From NCBI RefSeq assembly GCF_015852565.1, contig NC_136191.1, positions 11,976,578 through 12,040,577 of the forward strand: a DNA stretch of 64,000 bases. Direction: 5' to 3'. A program made the translations under genes and the position numbers. The notes under the pieces were generated by a model. That model had not been told where the DNA came from, searched no databases, and saw only the letters and a program-made list of their open reading frames with translations. Numbering within the stretch: the first letter of the stretch is position 1; every line of letters begins with the position of its first letter. Shown here in pieces: positions 47,548 to 59,876 of this stretch. The stretch comes from Branchiostoma floridae. Its lineage: Eukaryota.

Positions 47548-49118
47548 AAAAAATTCCTGAAGACGTTAGCTATTAAACCTATTCTGCATTCAAGTCATTC
47601 AAATAGTATTTTGTAACCTCTGTATGCTATACTGTCCAATTCTATATCAAATAAACAACTTGAAAGGAGTCTTTCTTGAAACTTCATTTTTTATAAGTTG
47701 TTAAGTCAAAAAAAGACACAGACTACTTGAGAATAATGCTTTTACTTTTGATTGTTCACATAAAAGTTGGTACAAAATCAAAATATAAGGCAAGATATAG
47801 GACCTTGAATATAGATCTTAAGTGCAATAACACAGATAAAGGGTGACTTTCAAACCATTAGTCATTACACTATAGGCAGCCAGTATGGTCATCTCAATAC
47901 GAATCAAAGTTTGATCTTAAGCACACATAAATTTATTCAACTGAGGCACCAGTAGAGTCAACAGCAAGCAATACACAAGATATCAGTAGGCTATGAAATG
48001 AAAGAACATCTCCCATGCAACAACATAGTGTAAGACTTGCACAGTTGTATCTATGGACCATTCATTGACAAAATGTACATCCAAATAACCTGGAAAATAC
48101 AGCTTACACATTAACAGAAAGGGTTTCATATAGCATCTGTTCCAGTAAATACTCATGAAGCACAAATCAATTGAAACATTTACATATAGACTATAACATG
48201 TACAGTCTATCCCAGGCTCACAAAAGAGCTGGCAATTTGAGGTATCATTACCTGGAGCTGCCATGTCTAGCAAAAATGCTGGAGATTCACTGCATATACA
48301 GAATTACAAAATCCTCTATCAATTCCAGTACTGCATATCAAAATACATTCCTTATGAATATTAATACATGTATTGTATCTTCTTGCTTATCTAAAATACA
48401 TGAATCAAAATGTAGAATGATTGTATGTACATTTGGAAGATTCACATTTGATATTGAGAAGTGGGCACAGCTGAACATTACCAGAACAGGGATAATATAA
48501 TACCAGTAATCTGAAAAAAAGGAATGCTGTCAACTGATCATAGCCAGTCTCACAAATACAACAAAAATATCAATTATAGGTTCCTACAAAATAGAAGTGC
48601 ACTAAACATCTAAAATATACAATACAGTAATAATAATTACCAACATATTAACTATTACATTAACAATGGAAGAAAATAAAATGTTGCCTAAAAGTATTTA
48701 AACAAAGTTTCCTTCTTATAAATATGAACTGAATATCATTAACTGTGGCATAACATCTGAATGTATTTCGGCACCAACATGCAATTAGGAAAAAAAATTT
48801 TTAAACTCTATACAAATTATCAAAACACGATGAAGGGACAACAGAATTCCAAGAAGCATAAGCTACTTTGTGTTCCTATTTTGCTGAATATTGCCTCCAA
48901 TTTCAGATAAACATTTCTCTATTGCCATCAATTGTTTCTTCGGGGTTTAAGTGTTTTGCTGTACAGTATTTATTTTTGAGAAGAACATTGGCCTTTGGAG
49001 AAAGATGATGGCAGCATTTGATATTCATTTGTGACACATTTGGCCATTTTTCTGGGTGAAATCTTAGTACTCAAATTTCCCCATTTTCTTCTGCTGCTGC
49101 TTCTTCCTCAGCCTCTTC

Positions 49119-49133
49119 CTAAACTTCTGTCAT
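49119..49133 (-). CDS. Coiled-coil gene candidate terminal mini-exon (MTEV, stop), a possible class I PDZ-binding C-terminus; an alternative AG 7 nt downstream would instead give KFRKRLRKKQQQKKMGKFEY, stop
   Basis: Tandem acceptors cctacag|ATGACAG|AAG after a pyrimidine tract. Both options are in phase 0 and reach a stop quickly. No other support. Confidence 0.2.
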   Translation of the reverse strand: MTEV

Positions 49134-49753
49134 CTGTAGGAGACAAATGTTGTTAATTTCCAAACAGCAAACATTACTTCATTGTTTCCTGAATATCTAC
49201 TGATAATCTAGTAAGCTTACCCATCCACTCTAGCAATGGTGGATGGGCATGAGGACTTCTCAACGTGTAAAGAAAGTAGCCATGCAAAGCAGTGAAATTT
49301 GTGTAAAGAAAAAAAAATCTGCATGCCACATCTCGCTTGAATCATTAGTTCTTCAACCTACAGGATTGATTGGTGCTTTCATCAGTCACTACAACATGTA
49401 TAACGATTTCTGGAACAACCAACAAAATACTACTTTTTCTACCTCTACCCTGGGCTCCAAACTATATAAACACAAACATAGATATACACCCAGGTTTGTT
49501 AAAGATTCACCATAAGTCAGACCCTAACCTCCACCTTAGCATAGGTGCTGCTCAGAGTGATGGTGTCTGAAAAGATAAAGGAAACCACCCTTCACCATTT
49601 AGATGCATGCTTACATGCAAATATATCTGTCACAAAAATAGCACACCTAGCTACTACCAATTTTATATCATTTTAATTCACACTCTTGCCACAAGTAGCC
49701 TCCTTTAAAGTTCACACACTGTACCACAAGCAACATATGAGAATTGTGGTTAC

Positions 49754-49870
49754 CTGTTTGCTTGTGTTAGGAGGGAGGGGCAGAGTGGTGTGCTCCTCCA
49801 GACTGGCAACCATCTGTCGAGACTCCTCTAACAGTCGGTGCAGCTTACTGGTCGGGGAGGCTGTTTCCAG
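49754..49870 (-). CDS. Coiled-coil gene exon (LETASPTSKLHRLLEESRQMVASLEEHTTLPLPPNTSKQ)
   Basis: A tctgctgtag acceptor and a CAG|GTAACC donor. Phase 0/0. Anchored to the plus ORF 49686..49901. Confidence 0.5.
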
Positions 49871-50142
49871 CTACAGCAGAACCAATGAAAAACAAGCTTA
49901 GGAAAGAGGCATGTGGGTTAAAACAAAAAGGAAGATCATTTAATCATCAACTTGTTTTGCAAGCACTTACAAGTATCTTGCTGCTTACTGTACTAATTAC
50001 AGTTAGTCCTGGATGTTCTGCCAAAGGACAACAATTTATATCACAAAGAAATGACAAATCAAATCTACAAATTGTTTGCCCAAGTGGATTGTTTTTGCAT
50101 ATAGTCATTTCAGATTAAAGTAACAATTTCACCACAACTTAC

Positions 50143-50329
50143 GTCATTGACACTAAGATTGTCGTTATCCGAGGACCTGTTGAAAGAGCTGTTCCCGTCT
50201 AGAGCGTTTTCATGTCCAGGGTTCCCTCGTGTTGGTGAGGGGAGTGGTCTGATGGGGCTACTACGGGGGGACAGCGAGGGTCTGTATGGGGAGGAACTTC
50301 TTCTGGGACCACTGAGCTCAAGTTCACCT
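50143..50329 (-). CDS. Coiled-coil gene SP-rich exon (GGELELSGPRRSSSPYRPSLSPRSSPIRPLPSPTRGNPGHENALDGNSSFNRSSDNDNLSVND)
   Basis: A tgtttatag acceptor and a GAC|GTAAGT donor. Anchored to the minus ORF 50110..50382. Confidence 0.55.
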
Positions 50330-50458
50330 CTATAAACAGTAACAGAAACAAAACAGTAAAATTGATTTAATTCTTTTTGCAAAGGATGGATTGATAAACA
50401 CTTTGTTGTTTTCTTTTTAGAATCAACTATGTAGCAACTGCCTCACAGTCTAACCTAC

Positions 50459-50538
50459 CCTGAACTCCTGAGTCTGTCTTTGGAGTTGTCCAGGTTGAGT
50501 TGTAACAAGGCAATGTCTCTCTGTTGTCTCTCATATAT
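50459..50538 (-). CDS. Coiled-coil gene exon (IYERQQRDIALLQLNLDNSKDRLRSS-)
   Basis: A ttttattacag acceptor and a GG|GTAGGT donor. It leaves phase 2, which exactly restores the frame of the next exon. Confidence 0.5.
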
Positions 50539-50689
50539 CTGTAATAAAATCAAACACATAAACTTCACAACAGCTCTTGTGTAACTTCCAAAAACTATCT
50601 GACCTATTGAATCTTTTCAATCTGCACTGGGTATCATGTCTTTTCCATGAACAATTTTGGCACAATTTCACTATCTGGAAAGTTCTTAC

Positions 50690-50778
50690 CTGTCTAAGAC
50701 TCGCCAGTTCCTGATCTGTCCTCTCCTGTTTGGACCTCTGCAGTTCCAGTAGCTGATCTTTCCTCTTCTCTCTTTCCG
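50690..50778 (-). CDS. Coiled-coil gene exon (AEREKRKDQLLELQRSKQERTDQELASLRQ)
   Basis: A gatttcag acceptor and a CAG|GTAAGA donor. Anchored to the minus ORF 50531..50845. Confidence 0.55.
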
Positions 50779-50942
50779 CTGAAATCATTTGAATATCAAG
50801 ACAACAGTCAAATAAACTGCCACAATCTATTGTACTTGGCTTCAAACACCAAATACACGCATTGAACTAAATTACACTGCGACAAATGACAATAAGGTAT
50901 GCCTCTGTAACATATTTATGACTCATGTAAGTGACAAGTTAC

Positions 50943-51044
50943 CGGACAATATCAGGTCCTTCTTGGCTGCTTCTAACTCATTTTGAGCTCTCCTGAGATT
51001 GTCCTGAACAGCTTCCACATCTGCCTGCTGTTTTGTCATCTCCT
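50943..51044 (-). CDS. Coiled-coil gene exon (EEMTKQQADVEAVQDNLRRAQNELEAAKKDLILS-)
   Basis: A tttgtgtgcag acceptor and a G|GTAACT donor. In phase with the flanking exons. Coordinates are +/-2. Confidence 0.5.
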
Positions 51045-51232
51045 CTGCACACAAAAGACAGGCACAAGAAAAAACATTAATGATCCCAAAGTATCACAAA
51101 ATAGGAAAAGAAATGCAAATACATAAATGAAGTGCAAACAACAGAAGGTGCTGTAACAAATGCTGCTTGACTAACAATTCCCTCAGAGCTGAAAATGCAT
51201 AGTTTCCACTAGAGCTAATACACAGCAGTTAC

Positions 51233-51326
51233 CTTTGAACCTGTCAATCTCTTTCCTGGACTCAGCATATTTACTCTTCCACTCTGCCATCTCCCTTCTC
51301 AGGTTGGACTCCACTTTCTGACATTC
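51233..51326 (-). CDS. Coiled-coil gene exon (ECQKVESNLRREMAEWKSKYAESRKEIDRFK-)
   Basis: A ttgttccag acceptor and an AAAG|GTAACT donor. Anchored to the minus ORF 51183..51365. Confidence 0.55.
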
Positions 51327-51628
51327 CTGGAACAAAAAGTTTGAAAAGACGATAAATAAAACCATACGTATAATTTACAGTGTTATGTGCAAGCTAGCGA
51401 TCAATTACAGATTGTTAAAATTTGAAGACGAGGCCTATATGACAGCACATTGTATGCAGAACACTAGTCCAATTGGCTCTAAGCAGTCCTTAAAATTTCC
51501 TCTTGAAACACCAACTGGGTGCGGGATTTAGTCGGGATTGCGGTTAGAGACTATGTAGCTATTAGAAAACTGCATGTTTTCTACGGAGGCCCAGCAAGCC
51601 CTGTGACTTCTCCTACCCCTACACCTAC

Positions 51629-51808
51629 CCGACATGTGAGGTCCAGCCTCTTCAGCTTGGCGCTCATCTCCGTGATGTGTGAGGATGCCTCCATGAGATC
51701 CTTGTCCTTTAGCTGCAGCAAGGTGGCTAACTCCTGCTCACGTGCCTCCAGGTGTCCCAGGTTAGTAGAGATGTCCCGTAAGGACGTGTTCAGACTCTCG
51801 TTCTTTTC
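51629..51808 (-). CDS. Coiled-coil gene exon (EKNESLNTSLRDISTNLGHLEAREQELATLLQLKDKDLMEASSHITEMSAKLKRLDLTCR)
   Basis: A ttctgttgacag acceptor and a CGG|GTAGGT donor. 60 codons, phase 0/0. Confidence 0.55.
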
Positions 51809-52240
51809 CTGTCAACAGAAACATGCCATTGTTTTACATAGGAAAATTGCAAAGATTTTTCTCGGCTTTCATAATTATCAAAGAGTTTAGTGTCAGAGCA
51901 GCAATACTCTGCACAATCTATGAGAAGAAAATGTCAATCTTAACATCTTAATCTAATTATAATTATAATTCACACAGATTTTAACAGCCTTTACTCAGAA
52001 TTGCATTACAGAAACCTGAACTCGTGACCATCTCTGCATACTTTTTGGCAGTCATTTTTCCCGTGATTGATCTTAGAAATCTAGATCAACATACCAACAA
52101 AATGGAACGAACATAGCTAGAACTAAGACATCTAGAAAAAGCATATTCCAGGATATCTAATTTGCACACAGTGAGTATTTTTTTTCCTAAAGAATCAATT
52201 GAAGCCAGTGTTTGTGGGTTACATTGTTTAAAGAACTCAC

Positions 52241-52407
52241 ATTCAGCATCTCCACCCTCATCTCAGCCTGGCTGGCTCTCTCCGACTCCTTGACTAGCTG
52301 TGCCTGTGTGCTCTCCAGGGCACATGACTTGGACTGGTCCTGTGACTCCACTACTTTAATCTGAGTATGCATGTGCTTCAGCTCTTCTGACCGGCTCCGC
52401 ACATCTC
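52241..52407 (-). CDS. Coiled-coil gene exon (GDVRSRSEELKHMHTQIKVVESQDQSKSCALESTQAQLVKESERASQAEMRVEMLN)
   Basis: A tcaatgttcatcag acceptor and an AAT|GTGAGT donor. Phase is continuous with neighbouring exons. Anchored to the minus ORF 52187..52435. Confidence 0.6.
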
Positions 52408-52682
52408 CTGATGAACATTGAAAGAGAGAAGGCATCAGTCAACCAAGTCATACATTGTATAATATACATGTACATTTCTCTGATAGCAACCTTCCTCCTA
52501 ATTTTCTGAAACAATACTGTCCACAGTTCTGTATTTTTTGCTTGAGATTACTAACATTCAAGTCATGTATCTCTAGTTTTGTTCGTCATCACCTATGCCT
52601 TCTCATAACCTGATATAAAAGTAATCATCACTTTGTGAATCAAAAACAATACTTATGATAATGCCCACTACTGGAACATTAC

Positions 52683-52875
52683 CTTCTAGTCTGGAACACC
52701 TCTGCTCGAGAGTCAGCACACGTTGTCTGTCAGCCTCCCACGAGGCCAGCTGTTTCTGGTGTGCTGATACCATGTCGTTCAGCTCCCTGTCTCGGTCCTT
52801 CAGTTCACCAATCAGCAGCTGCAGTTCCTTCCTTTGCTTCTCTATCGTAGAACGCTCCAGATCAGTCACATAGTT
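52683..52875 (-). CDS. Coiled-coil gene exon (NYVTDLERSTIEKQRKELQLLIGELKDRDRELNDMVSAHQKQLASWEADRQRVLTLEQRCSRLE-)
   Basis: A ttcacttccag acceptor and a GAAG|GTAATG donor. Heptad-rich. Anchored to the minus ORF 52603..52932. Confidence 0.6.
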
Positions 52876-53189
52876 CTGGAAGTGAAGATGTGGAAATTTA
52901 CTTAAGTCTCTGCAAAAACACTCAATACACATTGACAGGCAATAGCTGCTTCTGCATTAACAATCAGTGATGTTGGAAATATCAATTAGAATACAGAGCA
53001 ATGTGGTAAGGATTTATGTATGATGTATAAAGACAACATGCTTATACACTTACTATATGATTTATCATCTTGATCAACTGATTCAATTTAGGAAAGTTGA
53101 GCTGTTTTGAGTATAAATTCAATGAGTCTCTTTCACAATAAACATTATACATGTAATGTATGATGTAACGAAAACTTGTGTCTCCTGAC

Positions 53190-53333
53190 CTGTCTAGGGG
53201 GAGATCCATTATACATGCGAGTTGGGCTGTTGGACCTGCCCTTGGGGGGAGTTCCCCTGTTCGGACTGGGGGAGCGATAGCTGGAGGCAGCTGTGGAGGG
53301 TGGAGCAGGGGAGTAGCCAAGGGGTCGTCCACC
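53190..53333 (-). CDS. Coiled-coil gene, Ser/Pro-rich exon (GGRPLGYSPAPPSTAASSYRSPSPNRGTPPKGRSNSPTRMYNGSPPRQ)
   Basis: A ccatccag acceptor and a CAG|GTCAGG donor, phase 0/0. Contains SP/TP phospho-type motifs. Anchored to the minus ORF 53145..53348. Confidence 0.4.
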
Positions 53334-53960
53334 CTGGATGGGAGACAAACATCTGCGTCATTAACTGATACAAAATTTCAGCTACTCTTTTTGGCAAACT
53401 CTTAATTCTATTCAACAAGAATAGAAGATAAAGAGCTTTCATGTAGTACAACAGCTCTATGATGTGAATGTAGTACACAATACATGTCACAGCTGTGGGT
53501 CTATCTATTGTTCCTCACAAGCATGAATGTTGTAAAGCCTTTTAAAGCTGTAAAAATAAATCTGAAAGCCAACCTTTCAAAGTGGCCTGCTATCCATTAA
53601 TCCATTACTTTTCATGGTCAATAACAAGTCAAAATGTTCTGCTCTATGCAAACACAAATACTCAAGCTTTCTGTTGGTCCAATGCTGAATAATTGATAAA
53701 TAGGGAAACTACTATAACTGAGTGAGATATTAAGGGCTGTTATTAAACAGCTCACAAAAGCATAACTGTCTTTATGGGATAGCCAAGCTGTCGCCTTCCC
53801 GCGAGGGAAGAGAAAACAATTCTAACATTTCAAACATCACAAATTCAATACACCTTTAAATCACTTGCTGTACTAACAGTTACACTGCGGGACTTTCACT
53901 ACACATGTAGTATAACATGTCTATCCAATTTCTCTGAAACTAGTAGTATATGAACCGTAC

Positions 53961-54019
53961 CTTTGATTTTGGTGTGCTTTGATACTGCGGGTCATAGCTG
54001 GGAAGACTGTAGTGGTTCG
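53961..54019 (-). CDS. Coiled-coil gene, candidate N-terminal exon (-NHYSLPSYDPQYQSTPKSK) with an LPSY (L/PPxY-type) motif
   Basis: A ttcttttgcag acceptor and an AAG|GTACGG donor. S/P/Y-rich and open in frame. Phase is compatible with the next exon. No homology support. Confidence 0.3.
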
Positions 54020-55009
54020 CTGCAAAAGAAGAAAAAGGTTTAACCGTATTTTTAGAGACAGCAATAAAGACAAAAAAATTATGACGCAAAATACAAATGG
54101 GATTCTGTTCCCTACAATACTATATACATCATACATCTTGGTTGTAAGTCATATGAAATCACTCTTGATAATAAATGATACAGTATTTCTTTTACAGATG
54201 GTACTTGTGATAAAAGTCACAGGACCTATCCCATTCTTTTTGTACAAGAATTTTGTTTATCCTTAAAACATCTGATATAACAGCCCACCTGCCACAGAGT
54301 AAACAAGTATCAAGTGACGTACACCTAATGGTGAACAATGGACACAATGTAACTCATTCTCAACAAATTGTCAAACAATCTGTATAAACAAAACTTCATC
54401 CCTGCCCACCCATTTTACTCTGGGAAAACTACCACAGTACTTTTCATCACAACCAAAGCAAACCAATATAACCTTGAAGTAACAAACCTACACACAAGGT
54501 GCAGTCTGCCATGAAATTGAAAATTCTGTTCTTGGCACTCATTTCGATGGGTTCAAATTGGACTGAATGAGGACTAAATGAGGACGCGTTCTGGAAGGAT
54601 GGCTGTGGAATCACCAGGCTTTGTCCTTGCCGAAATTTGAGTACATGATAAAGAAACATGTAAACAGTGTGTCATCCTGGCTGCCTAAACAACGATTCAA
54701 AAGGGAATGAAAAATGGTGGGATGTTGGCCATTGTATGCCCCTGTTTATAGTATACAGTCTCAAGATAAAGGACAATGTTGGGTTATACAAAGTTCTGAA
54801 TGATAGTAACATAGAAATAACAATGTTAGCCACACTGAGATAGCAACAATGTCCCTGTCCATACACCTTTGACAAAAATTACTATTGCATACAAATATAT
54901 ATTCTACAGTGCCAAGGTCAGTTAAGTGAAGAAAATTCCCCAAGGGTTGTTGACAGGCTTGAGAACAACTAGAAGTTTTCTAATAATAATATCAAACATT
55001 GTACATATA

Positions 55010-55739
55010 CAGGGCTCGAAATACCACATGCATATGCAAGTTTGTGCATGTAAAATTGGTGTGGTGCAAGTAAGTTTGGACCAAACTTGCACCAGTGCAA
55101 GTTACTTTTATCCACTAATACCTGACTTTAGAAAAAGCTTACACACACCAAGAATATTGTCTGCCATTGAAAGGTAAAAGAAAACAACACTGAATAAAAA
55201 AATAGCCTAAATTTGTTATTTCTAAACTTGGTTAGACATCCAGGTAAACAAAATTTGAAGACAATTCCATCTCTATAATGCTAATAATTCCTTTGGTGTT
55301 GTCTTACCTTGATTTGCATATGAGTAAATACATTTTGCATACAATTTAGTGACTTTGATATGATCAACAGGATTTTCCAGTTATATGTGTTTGTATTGAG
55401 TTGTTCTAGCGATGGTTAAGAATAGTGATGGAAGTCACTCGAAGAGTCCAGAAGAAATCTATTGATCTTATCAAGTTGTAGACATTGAATTGTCTTAAAT
55501 TAAGCCTAAATTCATATTTGTTGTACAATTTGAAATCCAAAATAAAATACGCTTTGGAAAACAAATATCCAAACATGTGGTCTTTATGTATCCCCATATA
55601 TTTGCAAATTTTCAGAAGAAGAATAAAGGGTTAACAGTTCACTATTTTGGGTTGTGCAAGTAAGTTTCTTTTGGTGCAAGTTACCTTTGGCTTAACTTGC
55701 ACTGGTGCAAGTTGACTGAAAAGTGTATTTCGAGCCCTG
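55010..55739. mobile_element. MITE family A copy 2 (730 bp); TIR CAGGGCTCGAAATAC; 5-bp TSD ATATA; subterminal GTGCAAGT reiterations
   Basis: Terminal inverted repeats at 55010 and 55725-55739. ATATA directly flanks both ends. The first ~470 bp recurs at 63527-64000 at ~99% identity. Confidence 0.8.
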
Positions 55740-56974
55740 ATATAGGTAACAAATTATGGAACAAAGACAGAAAAAAGTTACCTATATTGACATACACCAT
55801 TCGGAACTGGTTACAGTGAACATTGCAGACGTTACGGTCCATTTTTCCCCAACACTCGCAGGAAAACAAGAGGAGCTCCAACAAACGTTACAATGTTACC
55901 GCCAGAAATGTATCCAACAGTATCCCAAACAGCTGAAACCCACGCTAGGTGGTTACGGCTACTTGCTCCAATGATTGCTTTAGAATGCAGACCAATCATT
56001 GCACCCTTTCACCCCCTGTAAGTGTATCCCATAGACTGTTCTTATGCAGATCACCATGATTATGCAAATTAAAATGAGAGGGAAGCAACTTGTCTCCATA
56101 CCATTAGCAACACTTATGGCAACCTTTGTGTCCACCACAAAGGGATCTTTTTGCTTCAGTGGTCTTGTAAACTATGATATTTGAGCTTGAAAATGTTAAT
56201 CAATTCAAGTGTAGCACAGAACATATACATGGCAAGTCCTATTCTTATTCCCAGTAGAAAGAAAAATTAACTGCAGTCTGAACAAAGCACAGTTTAGCTC
56301 CTTTCTCTTTTAATGCTCAGACTTTTTGTTGTGTAATTTTGTAGCTTATTTAAGTACAAAGCATCTATGTTTAGCTATTCAGGAATGGAATTTTTACATG
56401 CAAAATTCTTTTCTTATTCTATCAATCAGTTCAAGTGTCATAGCTGAACATGAAAAGGTTCATTTGCATATAGGACTTCAAGAGAGAAACATTGAACAAT
56501 GGACCATGGTTTGTCCATGCAGAGTTTGGGAGTTACGTTTGGTACACAAGCTCCCCCTGTTGGTTTACCATTGATTAACACATGACAAAGCTTGCCACAA
56601 CTATATGTATAATTAGCCTGATTAAATCTCGCTTATAGCAGCCCGCCAAACATCCGCCGGCCCTCTAGAGGGGCCAGTTACAGCCCTGGACAGCGGAGTT
56701 TGTGTTACACAGACTATATGTATAATATAGTACTAGTAATTCAGTTTGAGAATAAAATGCTGCGATTCCTGTATTGGTTCTGAAAAAAATAGGGTCAGTA
56801 GGTAGGGATTACCTTTTAGTAGCTCTAGTGTAACTTTCTTTAACAAAGTAAAACTGATGACATGCACGAGGACATTATCAATGTCAAACTTTCATTTTGT
56901 ACATAGTGGTTACAAATCTGGATTTATACTTCATTTCATTTCATAAGACAAGCAGTTTTTTTAATTCATTATAA

Positions 56975-57852
56975 GGCCATGTTGATTTGATTATATGGAT
57001 GACATCCTCCAGGAACTCCAAAACTGATGCGAGCGAGCGAATAAAAAAAAAAGTTTGGCCAAAAAAAAAAGTTGCCTTCAGTATGAAATCAAAGTGGCCA
57101 GGAAGGTTGAACATAGGACTAAACACACATAGTATGGTATACCAACAGTTAGGTGTATGGACCAGCACATCATACAGGTGCAAAACATTTTTTTCTTCTT
57201 GGACCAATAGAAAAAAACAGACCTGAAAAAAAAATAGAGGAACAGGTTTCGCCAATTACAAAATGGACACACTATGTCGGCAGCCATTTGGGGTCTAAAC
57301 GGGGGGCCATGAAGACAACAAGAGCGAAGTCAAGTAGAGTACTTTATAGTCAATTGCACCAAGTTTCTACAGTCAAAGGTACAGAGACAGTTAGCCTTTA
57401 TTACATATCGCATGGAGATGGGATTTTAAAATGCAGTGGGAGTCCAATCATATTCACCAAACGGATTCCTTTGTAGCAAAATTGACCAATTACCATTGTT
57501 TTGAGTATTGCCAGCTCTCAAGTTTCCACAGACAATCAGGTCCAGGTTCATGTCCGGCCTGGAAATGATCCTCTGGGCCTGAATTTTCTGTACTGGTATC
57601 TCCCCCAACCAACAATAGATTTTTTTTCTTTCTGTCCTTTCACATCTTATTCTTTGACTTTAGATTCATTTTGGCATTCTATGGCATTAGTTATCTGTTT
57701 TCTGATCCTTTTTTTTCAATCTACGGAATATTTGTGCTCATTTTACAGCTGCTTTGCACAATTTATTGTGTGGTCGAAAACTTTTTTTTTTGGAAATGGC
57801 CGAAAATTGGTGCGAGCGCGGATGTCATCCATATAATCAAATCAACGTGGCC
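56975..57852. mobile_element. MITE family B (878 bp), Tourist/PIF-Harbinger-like; ~33-bp TIR GGCCAYGTTGATTTGATTATATGGATGACATCC; TAA target-site duplication
   Basis: The inverted repeat pair at 56975-57007 and 57820-57852 includes internal inverted poly-A/T and gcgagcg motifs. TAA flanks both ends (56972-74, 57853-55). The ORFs inside (56941..57287 -, 57153..57476 +) are element-derived noise. Confidence 0.7.
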
Positions 57853-59785
57853 TAAGCAGGCTGAATAAAAATTCTAGCTTGAAACTACATAACCACTGCC
57901 CACCCCAAAAGAAGGCTAATAAGGTCTGCAGGTTTTTAAAGGGTACATGTACAGATGTAGGTCATGATCAGAAAACAGGAAATGCAACTTTTTTTTCTCT
58001 TGGGGACTATCATGGTTCAAAGACTCAAAATACCCACGTACCAGCACAATCTACATTATAAAGACTGCATTATCAATGTACATTGAGCTGTACAAAATAG
58101 CTGAAAACAGACTATTGTACAGTCTAAACAAGTAACAGTACTTCCACTACTTTCACTCAGCCAGAATGTGCAACTCCTTAGCCTGCTTGGAAAATGCAGT
58201 TTTTAATTCCATCTCTAGAAAGTTGAGAGCTGAGTCTGATGGTATCTGGGCTAGTTTTGTCATGGCTCACCTGCACAATACAAACACATGGGTGTCCATT
58301 TCCCTGTCCTGTGGTTGAGCCCTGATTTGCCACAGGATTAGTATCAAGTAGGTTATCCAGGGTGTTTTTGTGTAGGGACTTACTCAAAACAAATAGGATG
58401 CATAGAAATGTAGGAATAGGATGTCTACTTACAGCTCTGTTATAATCTCATACTATCCTGCCCAACCTTTATCTTTAATTTTAGTTTCACCGCTAATATC
58501 AGCTGGTACATGAACTTATCATAAAGTTCATCTGTAGTGTATTGGTAAAAGCAACCATATACTCTATAATAAATTACTTACTACTAGTGGGTGACATTTG
58601 CAAATCATATCTTCGATGTTTTGCAATTATTACCTGAGGGTACATGAAGAAAATGTAAATATTTGACAGGCGCTTGTAATATTACCTCTGACGATACTGC
58701 CATCTGTGTTCCTGTTCCCCACACTACTGTAGTCCTTCCGTCCGCTAAAGGGCGAGCCTCGGGCAGGTGAAGTAGGGGCGTGGTCCATCTTTGGTCAGGT
58801 GATAAGTAAGGGAAGGAATAATAATAAGTGGTTACTATGGATGCACTTAGGAATAATGACTGAGCTTCATAAATATGTGTTTGATGGCTTTCCTATTGGG
58901 TTTATTCTTAGTTAATGATTGGAGGTCTTGGTGATTCTGGACTGATAAGTAAACAAATGTTGAATTTCTGGAACTTTTTTGTAATGTTTTTCCAAAATAA
59001 CTGCTGGTTGGTCAACCTGCTGTTCCATGTTGAAATCACCAATTATAAGTAATGAAGATATGCAAATGAAGCTTAAACACCGGACTAGCATCAGCGTGCT
59101 GTAATAATGTGGTAATTTGACTAGAAATTATGGTGGTGCGCAAACCTTGCACAAACAGAACATCTATTGTTCTATCAATGTACTTTTATCGGGGTGCAAA
59201 ATCACAGTTTTTCCCTTTTCAAAACATTTCTGCATCACTGTTAGTGGGCCTCCCGTGTCCTGGCTGAGTTTGGAAAGCAGCAAAATATGGGCAAGTCAGG
59301 TGTTTTAAGAATCTAACGTGACACTAAAAATCGTCTTCCAACTCCAAGTAGTTCTAACGTATCTCGACAACACCCCGGTACTTGTTCAAAACGGCATGGC
59401 AAAAAGCTTTGAAGAAAATCAAATAATTAAAATCTCTCATACAGGTAAGAATAAACGGCTTCTAGAAGACCAGTGCTGAAGTTTTGAAAACAAACTTTGA
59501 TCACACCGACACCATCGATCCACAGCTGTACAGACGACTTTTCTGCCACTTGCGAACCAAGCGACTTTTTTGACCGTAAACAATCGCATATTCCGGGAGC
59601 TGTGCAGATGTCTAGGTCCCAAACGGAAGGCTACTGACAGACTGACACTTTCTACTCACCCCTGGAGCAATATAAGCGGTCAAGAACAGGTTCCTAAAGG
59701 TTGAAATCTTGACTTAAGTACACAAAAACACAACAGTCGCCGGTCGGAAATTTGAATTTCTCGTTTGAACTCGAACGCCGGTTAG

Positions 59786-59798
59786 AGCGCATGCGTGA
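59786..59798 (+). promoter_or_regulatory. NRF1-type palindrome (GCGCATGCGT) within a CpG-rich block; candidate promoter of the HHAT-like gene
   Basis: agagcgcatgcgtgaggtcacgacgcctgcgcactgagcgtgacc. ~80 bp downstream, a GTAAGT donor (59877) would end a short non-coding first exon. Confidence 0.3.
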
Positions 59799-59799
59799 G

Positions 59800-59876
59800 G
59801 TCACGACGCCTGCGCACTGAGCGTGACCCAGGCGAGCTGAGGCCAACCATTTTGTTACATTTTCAGAAATTTCTGG
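59800..59876 (+). other. Candidate non-coding 5' exon of the HHAT-like gene (donor ...aaatttctg|GTAAGT); a matching acceptor (cctgttcttgcag) lies at ~60901, 95 nt upstream of the ATG
   Basis: Canonical donor and acceptor consensus. No long ORF in the exon. The spliced leader would contain a 3-codon uORF (ATGGTTGGCTGA). Confidence 0.25.

Noticed and set aside
54540-54659. Possible 5'-most exon of the coiled-coil gene (MFLYHVLKFRQGQSLVIPQPSFQNASSFSPHSVQFEPIEMSAK...)
   Set aside because: Weak Kozak, and the only phase-compatible donor (T|GTGTAG) is poor. It is kept as speculation only.
56941-57476. ORFs 56941..57255 (-), 57078..57287 (-), 57153..57476 (+)
   Set aside because: They are inside MITE family B, and the poly-A/T tracts create K/F-rich pseudo-ORFs.
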